DNA of 62,053 nucleotides, the filler included, from Stramenopiles sp. TOSAG23-6 (lineage: Eukaryota), in the NCBI GenBank assembly GCA_900128565.1. It is 23 parts of 23 records of this genome, joined end to end, with 100 filler letters (N's around TTAATTAATTAA, not from the genome) between each part and the next. Parts side by side here need not be neighbours in the genome. Positions count along the whole stretch, not along the records: positions 35,220 to 37,820 come from LT637925.1; positions 37,921 to 40,516 come from LT637926.1; positions 40,617 to 43,211 come from LT637927.1; positions 43,312 to 45,906 come from LT637928.1; positions 46,007 to 48,599 come from LT637929.1; positions 48,700 to 51,291 come from LT637930.1; 17 more parts are not named here. One strand, 5' to 3'. The notes below the pieces were generated by a model. That model was not told where the DNA came from. It made no database searches and worked only from the letters and a program-made list of their open reading frames with translations. Position 1 is the first letter of the stretch; every line of letters begins with the position of its first letter. Made by a program: the position numbers and the translations under genes. Positions 36,184 to 49,032 of this stretch are shown here, one piece after another.

Positions 36184-37820
36184 TTAAATGAATGTATTTT
36201 GTATATCATCTGGGTTAGAAAATCGTCCCGCAGTACTAATGGCACGAAGCGATTGACCTTCATTAATGCCACTACTACTTACATCAGTCCTATTGTCATC
36301 GTCATCTTCCCAGTAGTACACACCTTGTACAGTAATAGGCCGTTGAATGAGTGCTTGTATTTTTGATTCATATGATGTCTGTACTCTGCCATATTCAGTG
36401 CGAGCTCTGTTCCACTCTTCGTGATTTATTCTCATCGAAGATACTCGGGAAGAAGATGGGCTATATAAAGAGACGTCACTAGATTCAACATTATTATCAT
36501 TATGTGACAGGGGATTGTCATTATTATCATTATGTGACAAGGGATTGTCTTTGTGCTCACTGCCGTCCCACACAAAATCCTCATTACCAATAGTGGTATC
36601 ATCCTCTTCTGACATCCTTCTACGACGTGTACGCTCTCTCGAACTAAGAATATTATTTGAAGTATACGTAGTATAATATTGTGTGTCATTGACTGTTTTA
36701 CCTCGTTCTTCTTGGTTATTTTTACGTAGTGCATCCATCATCATTTCATGCGGTCGTGGGACATTGTGTGTTGTACCTCGTGCCCAAGAATTAGTGCTTT
36801 CATTTGACCATGGACGATCGCTACGATCACTTTTCAAATACTGCGTAGGGTGCCCAATACCCGATTGCCTTCTTTGTTGACGATGTATAGAATGATATGG
36901 TGATCGTTTACTTGTTCCTCTACTACTACTTTGTAAACCGTTGACCAAATAATCGAATAGATGAATTATGCATTTGTTTTGATTTTCTATGTGAGCATCC
37001 TAGTTTATTATTGATACCACGTAGCGCGATATACATACCTGAAGATTCTACAGATTTTGTTGTATTACTTGTACCAGCGAACTCATCAAGAGATTCGAAC
37101 TCTTCTGGCCACTCTGGTGATTTAGGACGATTTTGTAATTTCATTTTGCGATTTACTATCTTATTTTCATTCTTAGTAGACTTAGTAAATGTTTTATTTT
37201 TAGTTTTTTTACGTTGTCGCCTATTTTTAAAATTTGTACGTGATTTTAATTTATTTGACTTAACTTTTACGTTTTCATCTTCATCGGACAGAATATTTTC
37301 TTCTTCGGTAATATTTCCAAACAGAAACTGAAGCATTGCTGACCCTGCTTCACCATCAAAACCATCATTATCAAACTCATTCCATGGTGCTGTGATTTCT
37401 TCTTCCAATGTAGATTTTGCCCTTGCTACAATCATCTTTGCAAATCCTAATTGACCANNNNNNNNNNNNNNNNNNNNNNNNNNNNNNNNNNNNNNNNNNN
37501 NNNNNNNTCACTGCTGCGTTATGCTCATTTTTCATTCTCATAGCATCACGTCTGCGTCTGAAATAATCTCTACCCTTTCTACCTCTCCAAAGTTTCTGTA
37601 TATAGGATGCGGATGCTTTGCGTTCTATCATTTCTCGACGAGCCATTGCAAGTAAATGTGCACTATGACCTCGCCATTTTAATTGTACTCTTAAAGCTGC
37701 TTGGTTTAAGACCCTGTCGAGCTCAATACAAATTTTTCTATATTTACGAAAATTCTTTTGAATGATACACGCTGCAACCATACGTTCCACTTCAATGGAG
37801 TTACTTCCATTCAATTTCAT
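36184..37820 (-). CDS. IQ-motif protein, 3' part, with canonical intron 36987-37038 and an internal N gap
   Basis: IQKNFRKY, VQLKWRGH and IQKLWRGRKGR IQ motifs. ORFs 36926-37435 and 36184-36948 are joined by a 52-nt GT-AG intron. Confidence 0.7.
36987..37038 (-). other. Canonical short GT-AG intron, not of the repetitive family
   Basis: CAG|GTATGT...GCTCACATAG|. Removal repairs the frame. Confidence 0.7.
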
Positions 37821-37920
37821 NNNNNNNNNNNNNNNNNNNNNNNNNNNNNNNNNNNNNNNNNNNNTTAATTAATTAANNNNNNNNNNNNNNNNNNNNNNNN
37901 NNNNNNNNNNNNNNNNNNNN

Positions 37921-38591
37921 CGTGGTACATTAGGTTTTGGTGATGATTTTGCTCAAGGTAATATCGGCATGCAAGGCATTGCTGATATTGATGATATTCT
38001 TACAGGTATCAATTACTTAAAACATGAAAAATATATATCTTGTAGATCTCGAATAGGCGTCTTTGGTGGAAGTTATGGTGGATATCTTACTTTACGTTTA
38101 TTAAGTAAAACTACTGAGTTTAGTGCTGGAATTTCAGAATACGGATTTATTCATAATCGTTGGATGACATTAGAAGGAGGAGATCCGACATGGGAAAGTG
38201 AATATGTATGTTTTTTTTTTTTCAATATCATTTTTTTTTCATACGAAATTTTGTACCTAACGATTGTTTTTTGAAATATTTTTCCAAAATACATATTGGC
38301 CAAGAGAATGTATGGCCATTAAATAATACACTCCAGAGAAGTGATATTTTCAATGATTTAGTAAATATTAAGACTCCATGTTTATTTATGCATGGAGAAA
38401 AAGATGATATATGCACACCATCACAATCACTTGTAGCGTTTAGAGTTTTGAAATCAAATAAGATTCCCACTGGACTTATTATCTACCCAGATGAAAAACA
38501 TGGATTTTCTAAACCATGTAATAGACAAGATCGAGATAGACGAATGTTATTCTGGTTCTTGAAGTTTATGCCTGTCAACTCAATAAAATAA
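37921..38591 (+). CDS. S9-family serine peptidase, C-terminal part; family intron 38206-38294 (GT...AT)
   Basis: GGSYGG nucleophile, HGEKDD and YPDEKHGF catalytic motifs. Confidence 0.92.
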
Positions 38592-38669
38592 ACCGTAAAG
38601 TTTTCATTATAATTCTTAAATATTGTTTTCTATTTTTGTTTATTGTCATTTTGTCATTTATCATTGAAA

Positions 38670-40128
38670 TTAAAATAAATTGTGGTATTTCATCAATGCT
38701 TCAATCTCAGATGGCTGAAAAATCTCATTCGATGCTTCCATAAACCGACGTACTTCAGTGGCTGTAGACATTAGCCCCCACCATTTTGCCAAAGGATTTT
38801 NNNNNNNNNNNNNNNNNNNNNNNNNNNNNTTTGCCCAAGGATTTTTATTTGTTTTAGGAGTAGTTGCATCACTTTTGAGACCAATTGTACCAATATTTAA
38901 TAGTAAATCATCTAATAGCTTTTTCCCTGGAGTTTCATTCTCATTATCTTTGCTAATATGCCGTGTGATGATACTACGAATTATGCCAAGACGTGCGATA
39001 TATGGATAAGCATAAAAATCCATTGCCATAGGGACATTTGAGTTCATAAAATATTGAGTCACATTTGACTCAGCTGAATCATTTGTTTTGACTGACTCAG
39101 CTGAATCCTTTGTTTTGACTGGGTCTACACTTTTAATAGATTCTTTTAGAGTATTCGCAATACCTTGCATATTATCCAAGTCAGCGTTATATTTTTTAGC
39201 AAGAATTTCGTTTAATCCTTTCTGATTATTCTCAAACTTTGCACAAGCTTTCTCAACAAGATTTCCTTTTCCCTGAGTCAACTTTGTAGGGTTATGTTTT
39301 AAAAAGAATTTAGTAAGTCTTTGGCGTAGTTGCTCTTTAGTCCGAATTCTACATATTCCTAAAGTATTCGTTGCTGATGACGCACATGTTGATATCAGTT
39401 CACTCTGTAAATTAGATAATGCTGTATTTAACGACGATATATCAGGGAGAAGACTAGATAAATTGAATCATCCATCTTTCAACATGAGCTCTAGCACGAG
39501 GACGACGCGGGAAAAGTGGCCGTGCCTTTGGCCAACATTCATCAACATATAAAAAAGCTTTAATAGGATCTAAAAAACATTCTTCACCATGATCTAACAT
39601 GAAAATGTCTTTTTCAGATACTTTGCGTATTTTTTCCTCGTCATCTTCATCATCACTTTTATATGATACATCTTCACCATTGTACCAATCGTGTGCATGT
39701 GATGATTCCTGAGTAATAAATGGAGTTCGTTTACTTATGAGAGCTAGGCTAACCTGCTGCAACCTAGGGTGAAGTCGCTGACCACGGACTATCGGAGTAC
39801 CCCGTTTTTTTACCAAAGACGCTGCTTTCGAGAGACGAACACCGTGACCCAATTTCATCAATTTCATTTCCTTTCGTTTTAAGCACTCCATACGTTCCGC
39901 ACGGCGTTTACGCTTACCTAATTTCTTCTTTTGGGGGCCACATTTAGCGCTTGTAGTCAAAGCCAATTGAGTCTTTTTTGCCAATTTTGCTGTGGCGTGA
40001 TTTCTGTTTACTGAATCCTTGAAAGCTTTGATGCGCTGAATTTTTGCAGCTTTTGCTGCCTTCTTATCCATTTTGTGAGCCTCATAGCGAGCGCGCTTCT
40101 TACCAGTAGCACATCCGGCTTTTGCCAT
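38670..40128 (-). CDS. Protein with GST-like C-terminal elements; apparent 1-nt frameshift near 39460
   Basis: LFPRRPRARAHVERW (GST linker-like) in one frame and PMAMDFYAYPYIARL (GST-C N-cap-like) in the next. The frames differ by 1 nt. Confidence 0.45.
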
Positions 40129-40616
40129 TGTATGTGCGAAATACTTTTACGTGACCTAGCTGTGTATCTGTGGTACAGTAGAACGAAGACTTCAAGCGAG
40201 AGAAATTTATTCTGTGCTGACTTCAAATTTATACCGTACCTGGTACCTACATAATATACCATGAAAGGTGATTATGTTCATATTCTTCACCAATTTTAGT
40301 GCTATCACCATATAAATACAACTCAGCACGTAAACAAACTTTAGATTGATTTCTGACGATACATCCTTGGTGTGGAGTGCTATGAGGAAATATAAACAAT
40401 CTATTTCTAGTACAAGATACATGACCAAGAAGATCTTCCTCATCTTTCTTTGATTTTGATACATGAACAAGAAGACCTTCCTCATCTTTCTTTGATTTTA
40501 CCTTTTTTCTTTTTTTNNNNNNNNNNNNNNNNNNNNNNNNNNNNNNNNNNNNNNNNNNNNTTAATTAATTAANNNNNNNNNNNNNNNNNNNNNNNNNNNN
40601 NNNNNNNNNNNNNNNN

Positions 40617-41251
40617 ATGACGACAGCAGGAATTGTAGTCACCCCTGCGCCTGCAACAGCCAAGGCCATGCGAGGGTATATAATTTTAGCGCCGAGAGCA
40701 AGCATACTACCACCTGCTGCAAGTTTTCCCCCTCCTAATGCATAGACCAACCCAGTCGTGAATCCCGTACCAGCTGGCATATTAAACTGTAAAACATCTA
40801 AAACGTCGTTGGCTATAGCACTCAGATCTTCAGAATCTACTTTACCATCCTGATTACGGTCGAGAGTACGATTGTAGTCTCGTTCAACAGCACGCCAGTT
40901 AACGTTAACATAGTCTAAATACGATAGTCCTTGAAGAAAAACAAAACTAAAACCTATACTAGCTGCCGCAAAACGACCAGCTACTTTGAGAGCAAAGCCT
41001 GAGCAATAGCCTAGAGTTGATCCAAGCATAATCTGAGATCCCATTGGAACTAAATTTGACGTGATAGACTTTGCAATAGCAGTCGGAGTCTGTGCTGCCA
41101 GTTCTTCTGCAGCAACTCTTCGCGCTTCAACCTCTGCCAGCACTTCATTCTTTTCAAGCATTTGTCTTTTCAGCTCTAACAATTCTTTACGCTGTTTATC
41201 TATTAGAATATCCGATGCCGATGGACCAAAAAAGAATGAATATATTCCCAT
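40617..41251 (-). CDS. FUN14-family protein (duplicate copy)
   Basis: Identical to 8162-8796. Confidence 0.9.
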
Positions 41252-41625
41252 TGTAAAGATATTTATACACTCAGAAATTATAATTTGTTTTCTTGGAATT
41301 CTCTTTAAGAGTAAAAGAATGAGATTCATCAATTTGCAAGCACAAACACGTGTTTCTAAATAACATATATAACACACAAACCTGCTGCTTTAGGCTTTGC
41401 GGCTTTGTTTTTTTTGATTCAATGAGATTTATTTGATTGGCCATTTTTTNTACACGTGTTCCATCAAGTTCTTCTGTTGTGGCATGTGTGTCTACTACGA
41501 ACTACTAGNTNCTACTACTGTAGTACTAACTACTAGTACAGGTACTCTACGTAGTTAGTTAGCATCTACTACTACTAGTTTATTAGAATACTATATATTG
41601 CTGTCTTAGAATATCTCTACCNTAN

Positions 41626-43211
41626 ATGACTGCGTTACGCATTGCATATGCTTCGTCGCAGTACCTAGTACGTAAGGCTACGCATATATCAGGTGCTCAC
41701 CACCGACAAATACGACCACTCACTCTAATTCAAAGTGTNCTTAATTACCATATAAGNACGGTCACAAATNTACGTCAACANGGAACGCGTCAGAATGGGC
41801 ATGTGAATCGTTCTGTACAGAACCTTGGCAAACAAAAGAACCAAAAGAACCTTGGCAAACAAAATGCAGCTCTGGACTTTCAATTGCTGAGTCCAAAAAT
41901 GGTGAAACAAATTTGGCAGAATTTNTACGAGTCTTTATCCAATGACACTTTAAAAGCAAAAACCTGCTTCAATGCGATCAAGATTTGTCTTAGCACTGCC
42001 GATATGATTCACATAGCATTTGATATTATGCCAAGAAAAGGCTTATTACCAAGGAGAAGTATTAGAGATTTCATTGCTACTCGATTTCTATTAGAGGGTG
42101 ATATAAATGGCGCAACGAATTTCCTAAATTCACCTGTCCCAAAGTTCAGTACAACTGAATTACAACTTCTTCGTGATACATCAAAAAGTCGTAGAAAAGA
42201 TGTGTATGACTTATTATATACAAAACCTTTTATTGACAATAGTTTGGGTAGTATAAAAAATGCAGAAAATGTTGATCATCTAGACGAAAATGCTGATCAA
42301 CTAGACATTACAAACAAAAATAACAAAAATAACAAAAATAACAAAAATGTATTAAGCCCACCATCGTTTAGACAAGCTCATCTCAGGCAATGTCGAGAAA
42401 AACTTTTAGAGTTTTTCATAAATTGTAATGAACACCAAGCTGCGTGGGATTTTTTTCATAAATTAGAAAAAAATCAAAAACTTGTATGTTTAAAAAAAAA
42501 AAAAAAAAAAATCCATTTTTTTTTTCATAGTAAATTTTGTACCTAACGATTTTTTTTAGAAAATTTTTGAAATATTTTTTCAAAATACATACGACTCCTC
42601 TCTGTTCATTGATATTACGTTGTTGTTATGGTTGGAATGATTATCAATATGTCATTGACCATATTATGAAAAAACATAACCTCAAAATGGATGTTGGTAT
42701 CTTTTATAACTTAATTACGCTGTTACGAATTGAAGGAAACAAACCTGCCGTTCAAGCTTTAATTGACACCGCAATGTATGTTTTATTTTATTTTTTTTTT
42801 TTGGTTTAAAAAAAAAAAAAAAAAATGGATTTTTTTTTTTGTACGAAATTTCGTACCTAACAAATTTTTTAAAAATTTTTTTGGAATATTTTTCCAAAAA
42901 ACATGCCAGCGAATAATGTAAAACCGACTAAATTAATATATGAAGTTTTAGATCGTGAAGAACCAAGTTTTAGACGAATGGCAACGTCAATCATTAAACA
43001 ACATGTTTTTTCTAACAACGTGACTCGTACGTTTTCATTATTTTTTTTTTTTGGTTTCGTACGAAATTTTGTACCTAATAACAAAAATAACAAAAATATT
43101 TTCGTTTTCATTATTTTTTTTTTTACAAAAAAAATTAAAATTTTTTTTTTCGTACGAAATTTTGTACCTAATAACAAAAATGTTTTTGATTTTTTTTCAC
43201 AAAACATGTTT
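41626..43211 (+). CDS. PPR-like protein (duplicate copy)
   Basis: Same protein as 9171-10772 after removing introns, the first being 42484-42590. Confidence 0.6.
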
Positions 43212-43311
43212 NNNNNNNNNNNNNNNNNNNNNNNNNNNNNNNNNNNNNNNNNNNNTTAATTAATTAANNNNNNNNNNNNNNNNNNNNNNNNNNNNNNNNN
43301 NNNNNNNNNNN

Positions 43312-43793
43312 AGAAACCAACAAGGGATCCTTTTGAGACGACTCTTATTCTCTATACTTCCCCACAAGACATCTGAAAATGATGCTTTTTTTACTCTTTC
43401 CGCATGTTCCTGTAAAATAGTAACTAAATCGTTCATTGTTTTGTTTCCACTGCAAACACTCGCTCCAGTTTTAGCAGCTTGTAAAGCATCAACAGCTCTT
43501 CCTAGAGCTAACAACGAGTTTGCTTTATGGTAATGCCCTTTATACCAATCATTTTTTATCGATATGGCGGATTCTGCATCTTTTAATGCAAGACTGTAGA
43601 GAGATGATTTACCATTTTGAACGGCAAGTTTCTGGTATGCAGCAGACCTGTTTCCGAAATATGTATGCAGTGACGGGTTATTCTCGATGGCCTCAGAATA
43701 CTTTTTAATTGCCTCCGATAACTTTCCTTCTTTGAGAAGAGAATTACCAGCTTCTTTAGCTGCGGCAGCAATGCTTTCCTTATCACTTGGCAT
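43312..43793 (-). CDS. STI1/HOP-type TPR protein, 5' part
   Basis: AKEAGN..LKEG...AI.KYSEAI, YFGNRSAAY and WYKGHY.KA motifs. Confidence 0.85.
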
Positions 43794-44076
43794 TCTGCAA
43801 TTGAATATATTTCTGAAATACTTTCAGTAATCCCACAAATTTCAATTAATGTTTCTACAACGAAGAACGATCGCTGTGTAAAAAGAAGAATATAGGATGA
43901 ATAGAATGAATAGAATATTCTTCTTGACATTCGGAATTCTGACCCTGCTGGCCAAATTTTATACCCGGAGTACCCGGTAACGCTTGCGAATTTGCCACTG
44001 TCAGGAAAGTTCATGATGTCATTGTGTGTTTTTTGTGCTCCTCCTGTCTACCAAAGATACAATTTAAAATAATATA

Positions 44077-44868
44077 ATGGTAATCGAGAGAGAAGTAGAA
44101 ATGATAAAACCGATGGTACAGGAAAATGAACAACTGAAACCTGCAAACGACGTAGTATCAAAAACAGATCGTATAAAGGGTCTTATACTTGTCTCGATGA
44201 TGTTAATTGGTTATTCTCCTGATGGCCTCTTTACCAAGCTTTGTGTCGATGAAGGTGCAAGTCCTTTCAATTTAGCATATTTGTGGTGTCAAACGAAGCA
44301 AATAGTTGATACTAGCTCTATCGAAGAACCCAAGGGTAAAATGAGTAAAAAATATTTAATACTATGCACGGTTTTCGCTACGGGTTGCAATATTTCATAC
44401 ACCGTAGCTTTTTCATATGCAACTGCCGCAGCGGCTTTATCATTCGCTGCACTTGCACCAATTTGGGCAGCATTTGGAGCTAAGTTTATATTAGGAGAAA
44501 GGCTTCCCATGATTACTGTATTTGTTAGTTTTGGTGTCTTCCTAGGAATGGTTGTTTCATGCACGGGTTATTTTGTGACGGATCACGAGGACGAACTATG
44601 GGAAATACTTCTGGGTGTAGCTAGTGGTTTTTCTGCAGGATTATCTTTCGCAGGTTTCCTTTTGACATGTCGCTCAGCCGCGAAGTTTGCGGAAACAACA
44701 AATATGCTCTACTCAACTTTTTACTCCTTAATAGCAACAAGTTTGATTGGAGTTGTGTCTTCTTTAGTAGTAGATGGAGAGATTTATACAGGCAATACAA
44801 ATAGTATTATATATGGCGTTGTATATGGTCTCTTCTTTTTACCCATTGCATTTCTGGGATATATTTGA
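44077..44868 (+). CDS. EamA/DMT-family transporter, apparently truncated at the C-terminus
   Basis: Multiple TM helices and LAPIWAA..AKFILGERLP. The frame ends before the last expected helices. Confidence 0.75.
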   Translation: MVIEREVEMIKPMVQENEQLKPANDVVSKTDRIKGLILVSMMLIGYSPDGLFTKLCVDEGASPFNLAYLWCQTKQIVDTSSIEEPKGKMSKKYLILCTVFATGCNISYTVAFSYATAAAALSFAALAPIWAAFGAKFILGERLPMITVFVSFGVFLGMVVSCTGYFVTDHEDELWEILLGVASGFSAGLSFAGFLLTCRSAAKFAETTNMLYSTFYSLIATSLIGVVSSLVVDGEIYTGNTNSIIYGVVYGLFFLPIAFLGYI

Positions 44869-45906
44869 CGAAAACAAAAAACAGGCATATATTGATAACT
44901 ATGACATATTCAGACGATTTTCCGAAGGACTGGCAATGCATAACTTGGTAAACGTATGTAGTATGATTGTCTATTTGGGACTGACAGCAGACAACGCCGA
45001 GGCCAGAACGAAGAAACAAAGACGAAAGAAAGATCCAACGAAATCAATCGAAGACCAAGGTTTGCGAAGACGATAAAGAGTTTCAAAATTTTTTAAAGTC
45101 TTTTTTAAACGACAACAACCAAACACAGGACGTACTTGATTTTCTACAAAATGGACTGTTACCAAAATCTCCCACACCCACAAAAGATGACTTCAAAAAA
45201 GAGTCTGACTGGGATTCTTACTGGAAGAATCCGGAGTTTTTCCCGTATACGTATGACAATCCTAATTTATGGCACAAACGGGCTCGAAGTCATCTGCGCT
45301 TAGCAAAGGACATTCTTGGTAGGATAAATGCAAAAAAGAAAGATAGTACATTGAAACGAGGTGTGATCACAAGTTTGAGGGTTTCATCGTTTGCCCTTGC
45401 ACCAGTAACTGGTGGTCTGTCTGCTCTGGCTACAAATGGAGTGTTGGGGTTGGTAAAGTTAAATGATTTGCATGCAAAAATTCGAGGAGAACGCATAATA
45501 GGATACGCCAAGTCCATTGTTGCATCACTTGAAGACATTCTCGCAAGTGTGGAATTGTTAGTTCCTGAGGTCAAGTTGGATGGGGATACTATTACCACAC
45601 TTAATTCTGAAGACCAAAGTAAGCTGAACAGGGCTCGTATTGCTTTCTCAGAAATACTTTCTTATTTTGCAGAAAAAAAAAATAATTTCGAGTCGGGAAC
45701 ATTTAACCTTGATGATCCAGTGAAAACGCTCATAAAGTTTTATGCGGGTGGTGAAAGTCCATCATCACGAAAAAGCCTTGAACATGATCTTGAGAACGAG
45801 AACATAGTCCATAGACTTGAGAATTTATGTTTGGACTTGGAGGAAGCCATGCGGATAGATAAAATGCGTGGTACAGCAGAGGCATCTGTAGTTGAACAAC
45901 TTGATA
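44856..45906 (+). CDS. Hypothetical protein fragment with canonical intron 44954-44987
   Basis: The ORF 44774 frame joins the ORF 45351 frame when GTATGT...CTGACAG is removed. Confidence 0.55.
44954..44987 (+). other. Canonical short GT-AG intron, not of the repetitive family (34 nt, or 37 nt with the next CAG)
   Basis: GTATGT start, CTGAC branch point, CAG end. Removal repairs the frame. Confidence 0.7.
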
Positions 45907-46006
45907 NNNNNNNNNNNNNNNNNNNNNNNNNNNNNNNNNNNNNNNNNNNNTTAATTAATTAANNNNNNNNNNNNNNNNNNNNNNNNNNNNNNNNNNNNNN
46001 NNNNNN

Positions 46007-46694
46007 TTTCCTTTAAAATTTGTACCGCAGGAATTGGACCGGATAGTTTGCTGTTATGCAAGTTCAAGTAATCGACATTTGATAGTTGACCAATTTCTTT
46101 TGTCGCTGCTTTCTTTCCTAGATGTTCTTTGGCAAAAATGGGAGAGTCATATATATAAGTGTGTAAAACACCGTGTGGATTTTGTGATGAAACTTCTGCT
46201 GGGCTCTCTTTATACCCTGTCATGTTTTGTTGAGCTGCTCGAGCTGCTGCTTCTCTTGCTGCTACATGGGATCCTAGATCCTTATACATGGAAATGGCAT
46301 GATCAATCTCTTTCAATGTTGCGTTTTTCTTTATTCCAAAATATGGATACCGTGCATCAATATCAGTATCAGTATTGCCTTTACCGTACGCTGCTACCAT
46401 ACTATGCTGTTCCTTTGGTATATTTTTTATATTGAACCACCTTAGATGTTTCAACCACTCATTATGTTGCTGTGTATTTGGTATATATTCCCATATCTTC
46501 TTATTCCTGATTTTATCTGTTGGTGTTACTTCGTCATTAATGTTTTCATAAGTTATTGTGTCACCGGAGTCATATGGAATTGTCGGCTTACTATTCAAAG
46601 CCGAAACTTTAATGTGCAGGTTTTGGCCCATTGCTTTTACCTCCTGAAGGATCAACTGCGTTAATAGGACAAAGAATATTATGCTTGATTTCAT
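46007..46694 (-). CDS. Secreted protein with a degenerate J-domain-like segment and a leucine-rich repeat (3' truncated)
   Basis: Signal peptide MKSSIIFFVLL, YPYFGIKKNATLKEI, and IGQLSNVDYLNLHNSKLSGPIP. Confidence 0.55.
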
Positions 46695-46991
46695 TTTGAA
46701 GAATATAAAGTATACTTTTGGCGATTGCAATTGAAGCCGTAAAAAAGTAAAAAGAATGGTAAAACAAACGTTGAGTTCCTGAGTTCCTGAGTTCCGGAGT
46801 TCCGGTGGTAGCAATGTTTTTTGTTCAATAACTTTAACGGAAAATCACGCGGTATATCCCTTGCTTGATTTCGTGTTTCGGAGATTTTCCGTTAGTATTT
46901 CCATCGAAAAAGTTTTGCAAAGCAAAGAGAAAGTAACACTTAAACAGCACACATCTTTTCCACTACTTGTTACAATTCAATACGATTTTCA

Positions 46992-48599
46992 ATGCGCGCA
47001 TCAGCAAAAGTGATGCCAGTACAAAAGAGGGAAACATTTTCCCGTATTAGAAAGCTCAAGGCGCATCTTGAAGCTCCAACAAGAGAGGCGAGAAAATTTG
47101 ATCAGCAGCAAGTCAAGACAAAAAGCGGACTCCATGGTACGACTATGAAATTCCTTTGGTTTATGCCAAAAAATTGGTATTATCTTATCCTTGATGCTAG
47201 TTGGAAAATGATGGCACTATTTACCATGATATCATACATAATAATTTGCTTTCTTTTATCGTGTATTTCAATGTCCATCGTTGATGAATTAAAGGAATTG
47301 GCCAATGCCGAGAATGAGAAATCTTTTGTAGTCGCACTCCAATTTGCAATAACAAATGTTATAACTATGGGGTTTGGACGTTTCATACCTAATAGTATGG
47401 GTGCATTTCTTCTCGCTAGTATTCAGCAATTTGCAGGTATCATTTTGAATGTAATTATTTTTAGTGTTTTTATCACGAAACTTCAATTAGCTTCACCAGA
47501 TCTGACATTTTCAACAAAAGCATTAATCACAACGAGAGATGATGTTCCAACATTACTTTTTAGAATAGCTAATCTTAGATCAAATTTCATTTACATGCCT
47601 GAAATAAGATGTTCTTTATTACGGCGGAAACATACTAAAGAAGGTGAAGCGTTTATGAAGTTCTATCCATTAAAAATAGAGCTACCACCAGTTATGACAG
47701 CTGTTGCAACGATTAGCCACGTGATAGATCAAAATAGCCCACTGTGGGGTATAAAACAACGTGAGTTGCATACTTTAGAAAAGGGATCTTTTGCAATCTC
47801 CGTGGTCTTTACTGGTCGTGATTCTGTGTTTCATGATGATATCTGTGCAACCGGACAGTATCGTAGTAGTGATATAATTGTTGGAAAATATATTTTTGGA
47901 GATACATTAAGACTTATTGAAGGCAAAATGCGTGTCGATTTCTCTCAACTTTCTACTGTACTTAAAGGTACTAAAATTAATCAAACTAACACAAAAATTG
48001 TAAAATGGGATGAATTTAATAATGTACCTATCGGTGTTAAAAATGATGAAGTTGTATTATGCTTCGGCTGTCAAACTCGTTCGAATTCACTGATTAAAAT
48101 TTGCCCTGAAAGTAGAATTGTAGAGGTTACGTTACAAAAGGAACATATTCGATATGTTGTAATACTCATCGACATTGGTAATAAGCCAAAATGGTTTAAA
48201 ACTCTTGTAGGTGAAAGTACACCAGCAGTGCTTGACACCAATCGTAATTGGCTTCGGGGTGTAGTTCCAATCTTAGAAGGGATTTGTTATGGTGATATCG
48301 ACAATGACACAAAAACTTTACATCGAGATTCGAACACCTCAAATACTCCTCATATTAGTACTCATTCGAAAAAGTCTTTAGAATTGTTTCTTATGGCCAG
48401 AAATAATCAACCAGGTAAACAAGCTGCTTGTCGGTATTGTCTATGGGTCTTATTGCATGCATATATATCAGGTGCACATGTAAAGACTACATTTATTGAT
48501 CCTAAAAATAAACCACAATGGTTTCTTGACCTCAGTGAAAAGGCAACAATGCCTGCTGCTCGACATGGAGATGTGATATTGTTGGACTCTAAATCAATT
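46992..48599 (+). CDS. Inward-rectifier K+ channel fused to two CLIC/DHAR-like GST N-terminal domains (3' truncated)
   Basis: TMGFG filter, FSTKALI, PTLLFRIANLR and HVIDQNSPL Kir motifs. Then CPES..ID..NKPKWF and CRYC..ID..NKPQWFL..P.....DSKSI. Confidence 0.88.
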
Positions 48600-48826
48600 N
48601 NNNNNNNNNNNNNNNNNNNNNNNNNNNNNNNNNNNNNNNNNNNTTAATTAATTAANNNNNNNNNNNNNNNNNNNNNNNNNNNNNNNNNNNNNNNNNNNNT
48701 TTTTTTTTTTTTTCAAAATTTTTTTTTTTTAGGTACAAAATTTACTATGAAAAAAAAAAAAAAAAAAAAAATTTTAAATTTAAAAAATTTAAATTTAAAA
48801 AAAAAGGATTAGTATAAACAACATAC

Positions 48827-48999
48827 AAGGTGGTCCACGTCTTTTTCTAGTTCCTTTACGTTTATGAATTGTTGTTAGATGGCTTGCATACGACATATTT
48901 TCCATTGATTTGTTTGACATTTTCGTTTTATGGAAATTCCACCAATGGAGAAAACAATCCTATATTGTGAATTTTTTTTTTCCAACTTTTTTTCCCTAT

Positions 49000-49032
<33 letters not shown>

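Larger units (their letters stand above)
40617..43211. repeat. Second, allele-like copy of contig 8162-10772
   Basis: Near identity including N positions. It differs in one intron and three synonymous SNPs. Confidence 0.95.

Noticed and set aside
40617-43211. Recent gene duplication (also 56774-59363)
   Set aside because: Identical contig ends and shared N positions indicate alternative haplotype or bubble outputs.
44850-44870. EamA transporter overlapping or fused to a second gene
   Set aside because: EamA is cut short and the second gene lacks a start. A chimeric junction is simpler than a real overlap.
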